This document shows positions 12,801-24,345 of a stretch of DNA of 64,000 bases, one piece after another; within the stretch, counting starts at the first letter, position 1, and the number at the start of each line of letters is the position of its first letter. The notes under the pieces were generated by a model that was not told where the DNA came from, made no database searches, and saw only the letters and a list, made by a program, of their open reading frames with translations. Source of the stretch: Lophium mytilinum (lineage: Eukaryota); assembly GCA_010093605.1 (NCBI GenBank), contig MU004200.1:620001-684000 (forward strand), in the 5' to 3' direction. Both the position numbers and the translations under genes were made by a program.

Positions 12801-14155
12801 CAGGTCCAGCCGTTATTGCTTGCTCCGCAAAGGCCGTTTGGCGAAACACCACCGGTTTGTGACGGGGATAAAGTGTTCGATGGTAATCCAGATTGAGCGC
12901 TGGGAGCAACTCCGGCAGGAGGAAGCATTGCAGATGAAGCTAGGTTTGAGGGTGACGGTCCAGATACAGCCTGCATAGACGAAGCATTCCCACAGAAATC
13001 GGCCCCAGTGCCGCAGAAGCCCCATTGAGAGCAGCAATCACCGAATCCCGAGCCCGGACAGGTCCAGCCATTGTTGCTTGCTCCGCATAGCCCGTTGGGT
13101 GACACGCCACCAGCTGGTGACGAAGGTGCACTGTTCGAAGGCATAGCAGACTGAGCACTGAGAGAAGCCCCAGTAGGGTGAGGAGTCGTTGATGGAGCTA
13201 GGTTTGAGAGTGGCTGTCCAGATACAGCCTGCATAGACGTAGCCGAAGCCGCGTTCCAGCTCCCAGCCCCCAGCGCAGACGAAAGCATGCCGTTTGCTGC
13301 GCTTGTGGGAGCATTTGCTGATGCAGGCGCCTTTGCGCCAGTCTTTGGTGGTGTGTCTGAGTATGTGTAGTCAGGGAAAACGGTGGGTAAGCCTGATGGC
13401 ATGTCGATGCTCTGGGAGGCCTCCATAAATGTCGGGGAACCTGCCGAGGGCGTACTGAGAATACCTGGAAGGGAAGAGATCAAGCTCGATGGCGGCTGGT
13501 ATGCTTGCACACCAGTAGAGTTTCCAGATGCGATCGCCGTAGTCTGCGAAGGCATACCAGCTGCAGCCTGTGTCCCAGGTCTAGAAGCAGAGCTCACTCC
13601 GGGTGTGTTCCCCATTCCTCTATTTGCACCACTCAAAGCCGTCGGCAATCCAACAGGCATGATTGTAGCTCCCGGGAACGAAGAGTTTGCCGAGAAGCTC
13701 GTCGACCCATCTCCAACTCCACATTTAGGATCATCCTCGCTGCCGGGGACATACCAAGATCCCACTTCAACGGTCACGGTCTCTACCACTGTGACGGTCT
13801 TTTCCGCAGCGGCTGCCTTTTGAATCGTTGGCTCTACTTTCGAGCCGTCGACGCCGTCGGCAGGCAAGAACCAGGTACCGATAGACGTCGTATATGTCTC
13901 GAAGACGGTAACGGTGACGGTAGGGCGGAGTCCTGCTTTGCCCACAAAATTCGAGTCGGAGAGTTGGGAGTTGATGGAAAGAGGCGGCGGCTGGGCGGTG
14001 GATGTCAGGAGGAGTGGAGTCGCAGACGCCGCTTTAATGTGTATATTTGCCCGAGCGTCAGCGGTGGTGATGGCCGTGGCGAGGTTGGCGATAGCCTCTT
14101 CGGCTGCCGCGATGCCGAAGAGCAAAAGGCCGAGGGAGGGGTGTAGAAGCCTCAT
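9872..14155 (-). CDS. Large secreted/cell-surface Ser/Thr/Pro-rich (mucin-like) protein with three hevein-like chitin-binding (CBM18-type) modules and a hydrophobic C-terminus
   Basis: Signal peptide MRLLHPSLGLLLFGIAAA. Three copies of SPNGLCGASNxGWxCxGSGFGDCCSxWGFCGTGxxFCG. C-terminal ITWGLWSLAIIMGVTNLLQLAV. One 1427-codon ORF from ATG 14155. Confidence 0.85.
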   Translation of the reverse strand: MRLLHPSLGLLLFGIAAAEEAIANLATAITTADARANIHIKAASATPLLLTSTAQPPPLSINSQLSDSNFVGKAGLRPTVTVTVFETYTTSIGTWFLPADGVDGSKVEPTIQKAAAAEKTVTVVETVTVEVGSWYVPGSEDDPKCGVGDGSTSFSANSSFPGATIMPVGLPTALSGANRGMGNTPGVSSASRPGTQAAAGMPSQTTAIASGNSTGVQAYQPPSSLISSLPGILSTPSAGSPTFMEASQSIDMPSGLPTVFPDYTYSDTPPKTGAKAPASANAPTSAANGMLSSALGAGSWNAASATSMQAVSGQPLSNLAPSTTPHPTGASLSAQSAMPSNSAPSSPAGGVSPNGLCGASNNGWTCPGSGFGDCCSQWGFCGTGADFCGNASSMQAVSGPSPSNLASSAMLPPAGVAPSAQSGLPSNTLSPSQTGGVSPNGLCGASNNGWTCQGSGFGDCCSQWGFCGTGDEFCGKPSSMQAVSGPAISNQAPSTILPPAGATLSAQPGLPSNTAASSPTGGISPNGLCGASNSGWVCQGSGFGDCCSRWGFCGTGDDFCGNERIPGPSNSYDAQGYSGLPTNTAKNIQPTGSAPAVSSPLGNSSAEAPGATIGAVSMPEGLPTVFPDYTYSDTPPKTGAHLQSPASGVAQPSIAKIPGPGSSAASLSSKPAGAGIGQPAASSTQIAALGESTVEVTGIYKSIAQISRPPSKLPQGSPNPGLPPLSSLPEPTPPSVQPNPRSGQRGMHYSDLSFQSHASVSTETVLYTIIASILVTKTMQVPDAPPVRANVELGHLRRALVESTSNSTHNTQHTSHSATGLISHVSHPLSVSNATQRSRTTGYNHTSTAYVCPISYVSATNTQKSATSNQSKPGTSQAAHLHSWPSIAMSWDLPTQTLTSTPSSTPSLWEVVYGSSSLTSTTSPWHATSSDFPKIAHTSTLTITTVVRRAEVRQVSPSPNSARSGWFARWWLTPRGRRTTKAENPKKKMEHTVSDMAYESAIEAQASESVAKDAIKKRELEAMSMYWGPFSSGTAPTSPATTPGRLLGNATSSSSSSSLTPFRPQPEAGNLNDGHDAVVPATPSSIFVLVTPFSSPSSLIPSSSYIPMTPSSRPFPEIAYSWPSTHGSPTASYHSPAPKPSSPSTTTGTWIPPFWDPSCVYTTTETILPLGGATSVVELTQTWTGCWVATAPGYSSKVLYTPAHSVQSVASSPIPAATSPSTSAALSSPTHAAASSPTSVALSSPTQATPSSPAPAATSPPPSAAPSSPVSLAPSPPTPLPPSPAPSSPLQSTPVASSQTDHAPGHHSPAPSPSSPPSSSPSSSPSTPNPTPSPSILATPQPPISHPTTLPEWLPFTPAASDLSTPTSTAKNTTSSSNSLDEYHVTRITWGLWSLAIIMGVTNLLQLAVDIGGLGALGVAGLGEVMV
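12470..13240 (-). repeat. Three tandem 258-bp (86-aa) intragenic repeats, each containing one hevein-like module
   Basis: The anchor cagatacagcctgcatag occurs at 12703, 12961 and 13219, an exact 258-bp spacing. Confidence 0.92.
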
Positions 14156-14782
14156 GTTCTCAAATTGTAGCAAAACTATTCGAGAAAAAGGAAGTGGTGA
14201 TATATGGAGGGTCTAAATGGAGGATATCGAAACTCGAATTTGAAAATGAATGCAGGGTATAAATGTAATGAGGTGGTCGAGAATAAAGAACGAGAAAACA
14301 GTTCAAATAGAGCGTTGTCACATCTTAGGTAGTCGATTCGTGAAGCAGTTGACATGCTGGCAGCTACATGGCGAACAAGTGATGCAGTGATGTGAAGTTC
14401 ACGCATATTAACGGTACCATGTAGACACTTGGTCATGAGAGACGCAGCGTTCGTGGCCGCTCTTCATCTTTTACTATCTACGTGAAGGCGGAAACTTGGA
14501 GATCGACGAAGATTGAAGAAGTGATTCAAGAAGGAAATCGCTAATACTGGTATGCGGAGGTTCTTGTCCCTGCCTGCAAGCGCCGATATACCTAGCGGCG
14601 AAGTTTCGAGGGCTCGGGTACCTTAAAGAACGCAGCCTTCAAGATGATGGCAAACGGGAGCGCGGCCGTGTCAAAGTGGTGGTAAGAACCACCGTTGTTA
14701 TTCGAGTCTCGTGAACAGTGGTTGTTGCGCTGTTCCTAAGATCTGATGAGCGAAAGTGCCACGTAGGAGCTTGGAATATGTC

Positions 14783-15987
14783 TTACTTTGTCGGCGCATG
14801 CTTCACCGGCTTAGTAATGTATATTGTCGTGTCTGGTGGCTTCGTGGATGCGGTTTTTGTGCTCTTGATAATGGTTTCGACTTCCATGTCTGACGCTAGG
14901 AGCATCTTTGTCGATACAGTTACGATAGTTTCAGTCTGAGTGATGTCCAAACTAGACGTGAAAGTACGCATTAGCAAGGCCTAGTGTATCGAAGATTGGG
15001 AAGTGGGATATATGCCAACTCCTCTTATATTAGGTGATTTGTTTCAGTGATGTTCAAGGGCTTGAGTGGGGCTTGAAGCGAGAAGCCATTGTAAAACGAA
15101 TGCTGGAACGCGAGCCGCTGAAGTGACACTCTGGGAAAACGATACCACAAAAACCCGGTATTTGTGCCGGACCGTACGTACTGCAAAGTCTCGATCATGA
15201 ACCTTCCAGGTCCCGTCACCGTCGTCGTCAAGTCCACATGGCTCGTACGTGTAGTCCTGATAGTAGATGGCTGGACTTCCCACACCTCCTCGTAATGTAT
15301 GCACTCCAGAGTGTCATTGGCCTTCACAGTACAGACTTTACTGCCGACCTCATTCGGGGTGTCCCCAACGAGAAGTGCTTGCCACGGAGCGAGATGGTAA
15401 GTGATTTTAGTGACAACAGACGGCGTTGGCACAACGACGGCGGTTCCGTTCGTTGTAGGAGACGGCAATACGAGGCTGTAGTCGTAATCGCTGGAGAACG
15501 TGACTTGTTGGTCGCACTTCGAGATCGTAACGCGACGAGCTATACCGGTGAGTGTTGTTGCACAGACAGTTGTTGACGTTGCCCTGTAGTATGTCGAACA
15601 CGAGCCGTTTCCTGCCACTGTCGTGGCATACGCGGCGGAGAAGTTCTGATATGGAGGCCCCGCTGTGGTGATTGGGACGAGTCCAATTGGTGGGCCAAGG
15701 CACATGGTCATGACCGGGACAAACGTTTTCACGACTTGGCTCTGTTTTGTCACCTCCACCACTGGTGCTCCAGGAGAAGGCGTGATGATGGTATAGACTT
15801 TCTTCGACGCTGGCGTTGGTTTGGCCGCAATTGGTACTGGAGTGACCAGATTTTCCTCTATGAGGCGTTTGTGGAAAGCTTCGACTGCTTCATGGCGAAA
15901 ACGACGGTTCTGGTTTCTATGGGCAGCGGCGGCCTTCGGAATGATCAACGAGCAAAGTAGAACGTAGATACTTGGTAAGAGAAGCAT
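14783..15987 (-). CDS. Secreted Thr-rich hypothetical protein; intron 14952-15181
   Basis: Signal peptide MLLLPSIYVLLCSLIIPKAAAA and a Cys-containing Thr-rich body. A gtacgt donor and gctaat...ctag acceptor join to a last exon LDITQTETIV...HAPTK*. Confidence 0.75.
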
Positions 15988-16929
15988 GTTCGGTGTTGTA
16001 AGTATACGAGTAAGAAGTGATCCACGGCTGTAAAGAAAGGGTGGAGAGTAATAAGAAACTCGTTGGAAGCATTCCAGAGTAAAACACAACAAGACAGTGC
16101 CATTCCCGGGGAACGTTGGAGGTACAAGATTCCACCTTGCGACCTGGACCGCATTTCTCTAAGCAACACTTGCCACGATAATTATTGCGATGTTAACAAT
16201 ATAATTGCCCATATTGACGTCGACCTAGGTACCTAAGAGAAGTCACGACTTTGCGCTTTAGAGGAATCAACGTATTGATCGCCCAGCGAGGCCTAGCTTG
16301 TACTACCTGTAGAGCCGTCCACAATGCTAACCGCCAGTTCTGAAGGCGCGAGTGAAGGAGGAGAGATGGAGTGAGAGTGCATGTGATCCCGGAGCGTCCG
16401 CATATCGGCCCGAGGTCAACGACAGGTGCGCCGTCTTCTGGCGCCAAGCCCGTATATCAATGTGACCAAATTTTTCAATCCTTAGTCATTATTCTCATAC
16501 CTCTGATGAGAGTCTATGAACTATTCGAAGCGCCCATGCCCGAGAGCGCTGCACGATCTGAGCTCGCTATACAGAGCTACAGTCACGAAGATAGAGCGTT
16601 GTGGCCATCTTCCGATTTTATTCCCTCTCGGGAGACGGCTGGATAGTCAAGCGACAATCGCGGCAAGCCACCCATCACGACATAAGTTTTCTTTATCAGA
16701 GCAATAAACGTCATAATACACGTGCTTTAGCCACAATATTGGCATCTAAAGCCTAGTTCTGTACATACACACGCTACCAGCGGTTAGGACCCAATCAACT
16801 CCAATTAATATGCACATCGTGACATTTCCAAGCCCCAAGAGTGGTGGAAAACCTTTTCGACACCGTCAAAATCGCTTAAATGCAGCAATGTGGAAAAAAC
16901 GAAAAACTAGAAAATGCACCTCTCATGAT

Positions 16930-17678
16930 TCATTGCGCCTTCTCGTCGATCAATATTGGATCCAAAGGAGGGCCATCGCGATCTAATCCATCGGTGATAT
17001 CACAGTCTGGTGATGACCATGCGCGTAGGCGTTTCTCGGAGCCTGGGAGTCGCACTGATGCCTTTTCTCGGTATGCGGCAGAGAGTCTGACGATACGTTA
17101 GTGCCTGTTTGGCCGAACACTGACTGTCCAATAGAGCAGTAAAGGTCACAGTAAACTTACCGAGCGAAGAACATGTTGATGAATTCTGCAACACAGGCTA
17201 GGAAGATCATGGTGAGGATGACCGCCATGTAGAAGAGGCTCGAGTCTGAATCAGGGTCTGCCACTTGCCGTGGTGACTCAGATCGGCATACGATTCGGGG
17301 TGGTACAGTCGGGGCGCTGGAAGGGGGCCCTTCGTAGTGGTAGGTGTTTCGAGGCATCGATATTTCCATGAGGACGCCGGTTGGTAGGGGTTTCAAGTCG
17401 CCTTCTGGAGGCGGGTACCAGACATTTTCTTCCACGAGCTCATCGAAATAGGTTGCATACGCAGCTGGGTCGCCGTGCCGCCATAACTCCAGTTCAGGGC
17501 CCAGTCGAGAACAGATGTCCTCGCGTTTGGAGGCATCTAGCAGCGCGGGCGATGAAGCCCATGGCTCGTTTTCGTTGAAGGTTACACAGCGACAGTACGC
17601 TCGCGAGGGCACTGCAACGGCAGAATGGAGTGATGACAGCAGGGGCAGTATCGAGAGGTAGAATTTGAGCGTGAACAT
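16930..17678 (-). CDS. Small single-pass membrane protein with signal peptide; intron 17087-17160
   Basis: Signal peptide, YCRC motif and TM segment LFYMAVILTMIFLACVAEF. A gtaagt...cactaac...cag intron leads to the tail VRLPGSEKRLRA...DEKAQ*. Confidence 0.75.
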
Positions 17679-19444
17679 GGTGTAGAATATGAACGTGAGG
17701 ATGAGAAAACTGGCGACTGGTTAGAGATAAAGAACTGGAGAAGGCGTTGACGAAAGAGGCTAACGCATGTCAGAAAACAGTGATGACCTACCTTGACAGG
17801 GCTGAGAGAAAACGCAGTGTGCAACGAATGGACAAGTGGTTGGGTGGTTCGGTATGTATATGAAGGACGATGCTGTGCCACAGACTTGGGGCCAGAGGCA
17901 GGGGCGTAGAATAGATTTGAAGCAAGGGTGCGGGTTGGAGAATGTAGGTACTTGTACTCGCAAATGTCGGCGTGCAACACGGAGCTCTGCAGGATGTAAT
18001 GTCACGCAGCGGCCCAGAGGCACTACATATGTAGCTGAGGACGAGGGTAATGATGAACTCAGGCCGAAAGCAGCGCCGACTGGCGCCCTCGGCTGTTCGC
18101 AGGGTCCATTCAGACCTCACGACTCCGACACGATGCAGCGCTGGTCACGGGCATGGCGAGCCCAAAATACCAGCGGATTTGCCTACTCCGTACCAGCGTG
18201 CCCGCGCGCCTTACCGCTTCTCCACGGGCATGAGCCGCGGCGCTGGGCTGCACGGCCGTTGAAAGGATGCGGCAGAGAGGTGGAACACGGGGGTCGTTTT
18301 GTGCAACGCGCGTGGCTGACTGCAATACGATCCGACAGCCCATGGCCCACGATCCAGATGCGTGACATAAGCATCGTAAACGCAACAAGCACGCTGCATC
18401 CGGACTGCCGCCATGTGGGAGGAGGCCAGCAGGGAGCACGCCACGGCCTGTCCATTCACTCCCCCAGTGTAGCGCCCGTCGGACCCGTCGGACCCTGTCG
18501 CCCTATTCGCCGGAAGGCTGACAAGCTTCTTTGCAGCGCTATAATTGGCAGTGATCTGTGACAGCCTGGGTCTGCCTCGCTCCTCCGCCGCCGCAATCGA
18601 CGAGACGGCTAACGGCGGCCGCGTCACGTCTGATGTCTGGTACGGCGCCGCTGTAAAGTAAAAAGCTCTGAGCAGGAATGTGCTCCTTTCGAGGCGCAGC
18701 CCACGCTGCTCCATCGTATGTATGTAAGAGTTTCAGCTCTCCAAACAACCAGCAGCATCAGACCCTGGCCTCAGTTGCATGCAGACCCATGTGGCAAGGC
18801 GAAACGGTGCTTCCCCGGTGCCAATCACCCGCCGTTTCACTCACGCCAGAGGCCCAAGCCTTGGCGAAGCCTTTTTCCAAAAGCTTGTTTCGGCCGCCGC
18901 CGTGAGACCGTCAAGTCTAGCCGGGCGATCGTATAGCTCCTAGTCACTCAGGTAATAGTTTGCCTATAGCGACCGCCAAGGCGAGATCTCGCCGTGAGTT
19001 CTCAAATAAGGCCGGCCATCCAATGCGGAGAGAAGCCGAAAGTCTTTTTTGGTAGTCTACTGTGCCATTTTTAACGCTTCAAGGGGTATACCGATGCACC
19101 TGAATTATGCACGCTCCACCTGCTGTTGCTCCGCCACCCTCCCGCCGTGTCGGCGCTCCGCTATGCCTCGAGATGCCATTCCGGCTACAACCACGGAGGG
19201 GAACCTCGTAAGGGATCCACTCTCCTCAGGCGGTGGAAAGAGGAAGGTAGACGCCCAGATGATGTCGCTGAAAAAAAAGGAAAAAAAAGAACAAGACCTC
19301 CCCCGTTTCCGTGCCCGACACCGTCATCCTCAGCGTGCCCCTATCATTAATTCGTAGCCCCTGAGCCGCCAACGCCTCGCCATTGCAAACATGAAGTTGT
19401 TGAGTAGAAGAAATCGCCACGACCACTCGCACTCGCCTCGTGTA

Positions 19445-22064
19445 TTACTCCCATAGTCTTTCCATTCCGCCAAACTCTCGTTCACTCGCACCAGAGAAAG
19501 CCCTCGCTCCAAAGCTGCCTGCACCCGCTCTACCAAACCCTCCAAGCCCGAGCCTCTGGAAGCCCATCGGACTCTCATATCCTGCTCCCCTCATGCTCAC
19601 GTTGCTCCCGCCGACACCAACAATCTGCCGAGCTCCACCGTATCCAGTGTATCTTGGGTCGCGTCCGATCCGCAACGGCGTTGCCCCGCAGTCTTCGCCG
19701 AAAAATGTGTGCTTTCCGCTACCACTCCTATCGACGGCGTACGGTGGTGGAGGGACAAAAGCGCGGGTGAAGTAGTCCCGTCCACCGCTCTGGGTGTTGT
19801 TCATCTCGTCCACATACTCGCGCAGATTCTCGATAAGCGGTATAAGGAGGCGGTCAGCAATCTTGTGATTGCCGCCCCTCGAGATCGGCCCTCCAGGCGC
19901 GAGAGTGGCGTTACGGGCCCGGATCGTAGTCGAGGTTGACATAATAGTCTTGTAGTACTCCTGTTGTCGTGCGGGACGCTGGCCATCCGTCCACCATGCT
20001 TGAAGTTTTTCTTCTTCGGCCAGGCAGGGAGCCAATGGCGTTGTAGGTGCGTGAGAAGTTGGCATAGTATCCATAAAGAAAGGACCAGAAAACTCTTGTT
20101 TGATTGGCTTCTTTTGCGTCACGCTCGTAGCAATCTCGGGGACCGGAAGCTGCACATTGTCCGGGTCGCTGACGCGAAGGTTGGCGACAGGAGCGACAGT
20201 AGGAGCGCTGGGGGAGTCGTTCTTGGTACGCTGCGGGAGATGAGAAGAATATGCGGTACGGTAGGGCGGTGCATTCGCATTCAGGGTCGACATGGTGCGC
20301 TGCTGGGCTGGACGCGTGGGTGGTGTAGGGAAGGCTTTCTCAAACCCGGGCGGCACCGGAGGAACATGAGAATCGTGTCGTGGGCGACTGGTGTCGCTGT
20401 CTAGACGGAGGGTGCTGAGCGCGGCCATCGTGGTAGGATAATCGCTCGTCGGATTTCTCAGGTCTGCCTGCTTGCCCAGCTTCGCCAAGTCCATCCTCAA
20501 TCTCTCTCGCTGGTGGATGTAGTCGCTGCTCGCGGCTTCTTCCCCAACCAGTATTTCACGTAGAGGAGCTGGGTGTTGATTGTTCGGCCACATGTCTTGC
20601 ATCTGCAAGATTCGAGCCTGCTCTTGCTTTTTGAAGTAATCTCGGCGGGCACCAGCATCCATCACTGATCCTAGCGAGTCGGCTTCACGAGAAGCTGCCG
20701 TCTTTGGTGGGAACTCGAAGTTATAGTCCATTCCTGATGCGCGAGCCTGTGCGCGGCTGAACGGCGTCGCAGGGCTAATCGAAATTGGCTTGGTAGTCTT
20801 TTGCGGGATAGTTGGGGTCGAAACGAAGGGGTCGTCTTCAGGAAGGCTACTGATGACGGTGCGCATTGTAGACGTCGGTTGCTGAGCTTGCCCGATCCGG
20901 ACGCCACGGGCGGCAGTGAAAGTATTTGGCAATGGAGCACCACCTGGCGTAGGCGTCGAAGCGCCCGACAAAGATCCGAAGCGGTCAGACTCGGTTGTGA
21001 GACGACGTAAGTACTGCAGCGACTCTCTAGCCTCACCACGAGCACGTAGCGGAGCAGGCTCACCGACTCCTTCAACCGGCTGTTCGGTATGAGTATTCGC
21101 AGACTCTTTCGCAAGTGTGTACCGCTGGTCGGCAATGGCCTTGAAGTAAGTGAGATTGTTCTGGGGCATACTCATGCCGACGGTTTGGCCGCGAAGTCTA
21201 TCAGAAGCCAGCTGGCCTTCGACTTTGCGACGATTGTACGAGAACTGTCCGATGTTGATCCACTGGAAAGAGCCTGCAGACCACTGATGGGCCGAGACGT
21301 CACGGTTTGGGTGGCCGATGAAAATGACCTCACCGTCTTCGTGGCCCGTGACCTGCTGGAGGTGGATAGGGTCGGGCAGGCGGCGACCGAACACTCGACC
21401 GATCTCGTCTTCAAGACCACCAGTACGATTACTGACGGGGCTGGTGTCGGTGCTCTGCATGTTATCGAAGATTTTGGTGGTAGGAAGTGGCTCCGCAGAT
21501 CGGCCCCGGTCCTGCGCACGCGATAAATGGGCATCATCAGTCGCCTGACTGAAGTCGGTCTGCAGACGCTCCGGCCCAAACATCGACTCCTTCTCCATCG
21601 GCGTCTCGTGTGCCAGAGGCTCAACGCTGTCCCACCTCGAAGACACGCTTTGCTCATCGCCGTCTTTGTCGTCGTCAAAGTCGCTGGCCTCGAGCGGCCG
21701 CCACGCCTTGTTTCCCTTGTTGCGATTGGTCTTCAGGCGCAGAAGGCCTGTCAATGGGACTGGGCCAGACGTCGGCGGTGTTTCTCCCTCGAACAGCTCG
21801 CGGCTATGTCCCTTTCGTGCCATGTCTGCGAAAGTTGTAGCCCTAGAAGACTCTGCGACGGGCGTAGGAGCGCGAAGAAGCTGCTCTTCCGATTGCAAGG
21901 AAGGCTGGCGGTAGATAGGGGTGTCGTCTTCGTACTCATATGAAAGTCCGTCCTCTTCTTGCTGAACGATTTGGATATGCGAAAAGGGAGTGTTTGGATT
22001 CGGCTGGACAGGCGTGCCGATGGGATTGCGACCCGTGGCGGCAGGTGCTGCGGTGCGGCGAGCT
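19445..22064 (-). CDS. Hypothetical low-complexity fungal protein (>860 aa); 5' exon(s) around 22150-22300 are uncertain
   Basis: 817-aa ORF that stays open upstream to a ctgac...tatag acceptor near 22065. A gtgagt donor lies near 22152. There is a globular-looking block FIGHPNRDVSAHQWS...WINIG. Confidence 0.7.
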
Positions 22065-24345
22065 ATAGGAGGTCAGACCAAGATATCCGAAGAGATGTAA
22101 GCTTGCAGAGAGATGCGAGCCCTTGGAAGCCATGAAATCTAGATATACTCACTCCGCCGCGGGCGGGGCCTGGAACGGGATGCCAGTTTGGCGACTGCAC
22201 CTATATCACGATGAAGTTCGGGAGGCAGAGATGGCAAGACGAATCCTTTTAAGGCCCAATTTTTTCAGCAGGCGCGATATAGCAAGGGCGCATGAACGTA
22301 GGGGTTGCTACTGCGGAGGTGCGGCGGCGGGAAAGCAGGCGGTGAATTTGACAAGCAGCGGCGGGGATCGTGTCAAAAGCAAGGCCAGCGAGCGCACAGG
22401 CGACAGGAATGCGCGGCTGTAGACACAAGCGGTGGGTAAGGACTGTGTCGTGGTGGAGTGTAGCGGATGCGTTGAAGTTGAGATGGTAGAGGGGCTATCG
22501 AGCGCGCCACGGGAGGGCCGGGGGGTTGTTGACTATCGAACGGCGGGAGAGTGCAGCATCTAGCGCAGCTGGTTTGGTAGTGGGTGGGACAGCACGCGAA
22601 TGTCGAGTGTTGTGTAAACTTGGGTAGTGTTGACGGGCCCAAACTTCAAGAGGCGACTACGGAGAAGTTATAGCAGTAGCTGTAGCAGGGTCGTGACTTC
22701 TTGCTTGCTGGGGCTCAACTACAAACCTAGTCTCCAAAGCACCATGGCTTGTCTGTCTCTTCTTCCATTCATCTGCTGTCTGGAGTTCTAAAGCACCGAT
22801 CTCTTGTTCGTGACGTTGGACCTCAAGCTCATTGCCCCTCCAAGCTGTCTTGGTGCTATGACCACAGTCTTACCCCGTTACAAGAACCTCAATGCATCTA
22901 CCCATTCCATTTGCCCTCCTTTTGACCGCGCTAGAAGCTTCTTATCCTTCAATACTAGCGCAGCATGGCGACGAACGGGTGGTTCGGTCTCCACCTCTCA
23001 GCCAAACAATCAACTTCCGACCTAATATGGACAGAGGCATCCCTCCGATGCCCACACCTCGTATCCAACTTCTCGATATCTACTCTCACTGGCTTCACAC
23101 AGTCCACGAGGGTATCTTATTGTATGAATGGCATGAATTACTGGAGGCAGAGGCTACGAGGGATTTCGCGGTGCTTGGACGTGGGGAGAGTGGGATACAG
23201 TAGTCGCATTTCAGGATTACAGGCGCGAACGAGCGCATTTCTTATCATTTCTACTCAACATGTTAGCCGTGTTCTAGTAGGAGCCCAGGCCAGATGATTA
23301 GGGCAATTTCAACTTACAGCTACACCATTCACACCCTCCTTAGCATTCTAGGATGGGGCAGATACCAACTCTTTACCTCCTAAAGGCCGAGCGTCGGGGG
23401 CCTGTGTGACTCTGGCGTTCAGGCAACTCTGGAACGCCTGCAACGGCCCGCGCGCATTCCCGTCTAATCCAGTCATAACGCAGAACATTCCGTAAAGCTT
23501 CGGGAGACTGCCTACGCACGCGTGGTGAGACTTTCGAGCTCCGGCTGAAGCAAGCTGGCTTTCTCGAGTGCAGTTGAGTAGACTGAAGCCTTCTCGCAAA
23601 CTGTTAAGAGTACGCTCATTGATGGCCTACCCTTCCTCCTGATCATGCAAGAACAGTGTTTTCACTATGCAAAGTAAGACATTGGGGACGCAACGAAGAC
23701 GTCGTGGAGAGATGAGGTCGGCGTTCGTCGGAGAGTTCTAGACGTTGCCAAGGATGTACAAGCAGGGTATAGGATTGTTTTATCCGTCACATCGCATTGG
23801 TGGCTCGAAGATTGCAAGCTAACTTCATTAGAGGTGCTCTGTAAATAGGTCTATTGTTTTTCTATGTGAAGAGGCTAGGTTTGTGTTCTTCATGAGCCCA
23901 AAGCTCCCATCTTCTCTTCTCCTAATAAATACCAGCATTTATGGACCGAAATCACCACCATTGGCCCAACCCCATCTTTGTTTTCCGTGTACCTGTGAAT
24001 CGCATTCGAGATACTCGAGCATCGTAAAGAATTGAAAGATGAAATGTGTGTAGAGCATCAAGCCGACCGTGAAAATGATGTTTAGTGCAATAAATGTCAA
24101 GTTCCGGATCCTTTTTGCAACGAACGTCATGTTCGTGATCTTCTCTTGGCAATCTTTTTGAAGTGGGCTCGCCTGAACGTCAAGCAACCACGTAGTTCTA
24201 GTATTGGTCCGCTAGTCTATGACCTCGCACAGGTAGCGAGGTCTGACTCAAAGCACCTTCGTCGATATAGTCCTAGCGCAGATCGTAAACGGACCCTGAT
24301 CTTCGTATGTGAATCCGACGACGTCTCCGATGGCTCGAATGGCTA

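Noticed and set aside
23939..24130. Small ORF with one hydrophobic segment
   Set aside because: Too short, with no motif support.
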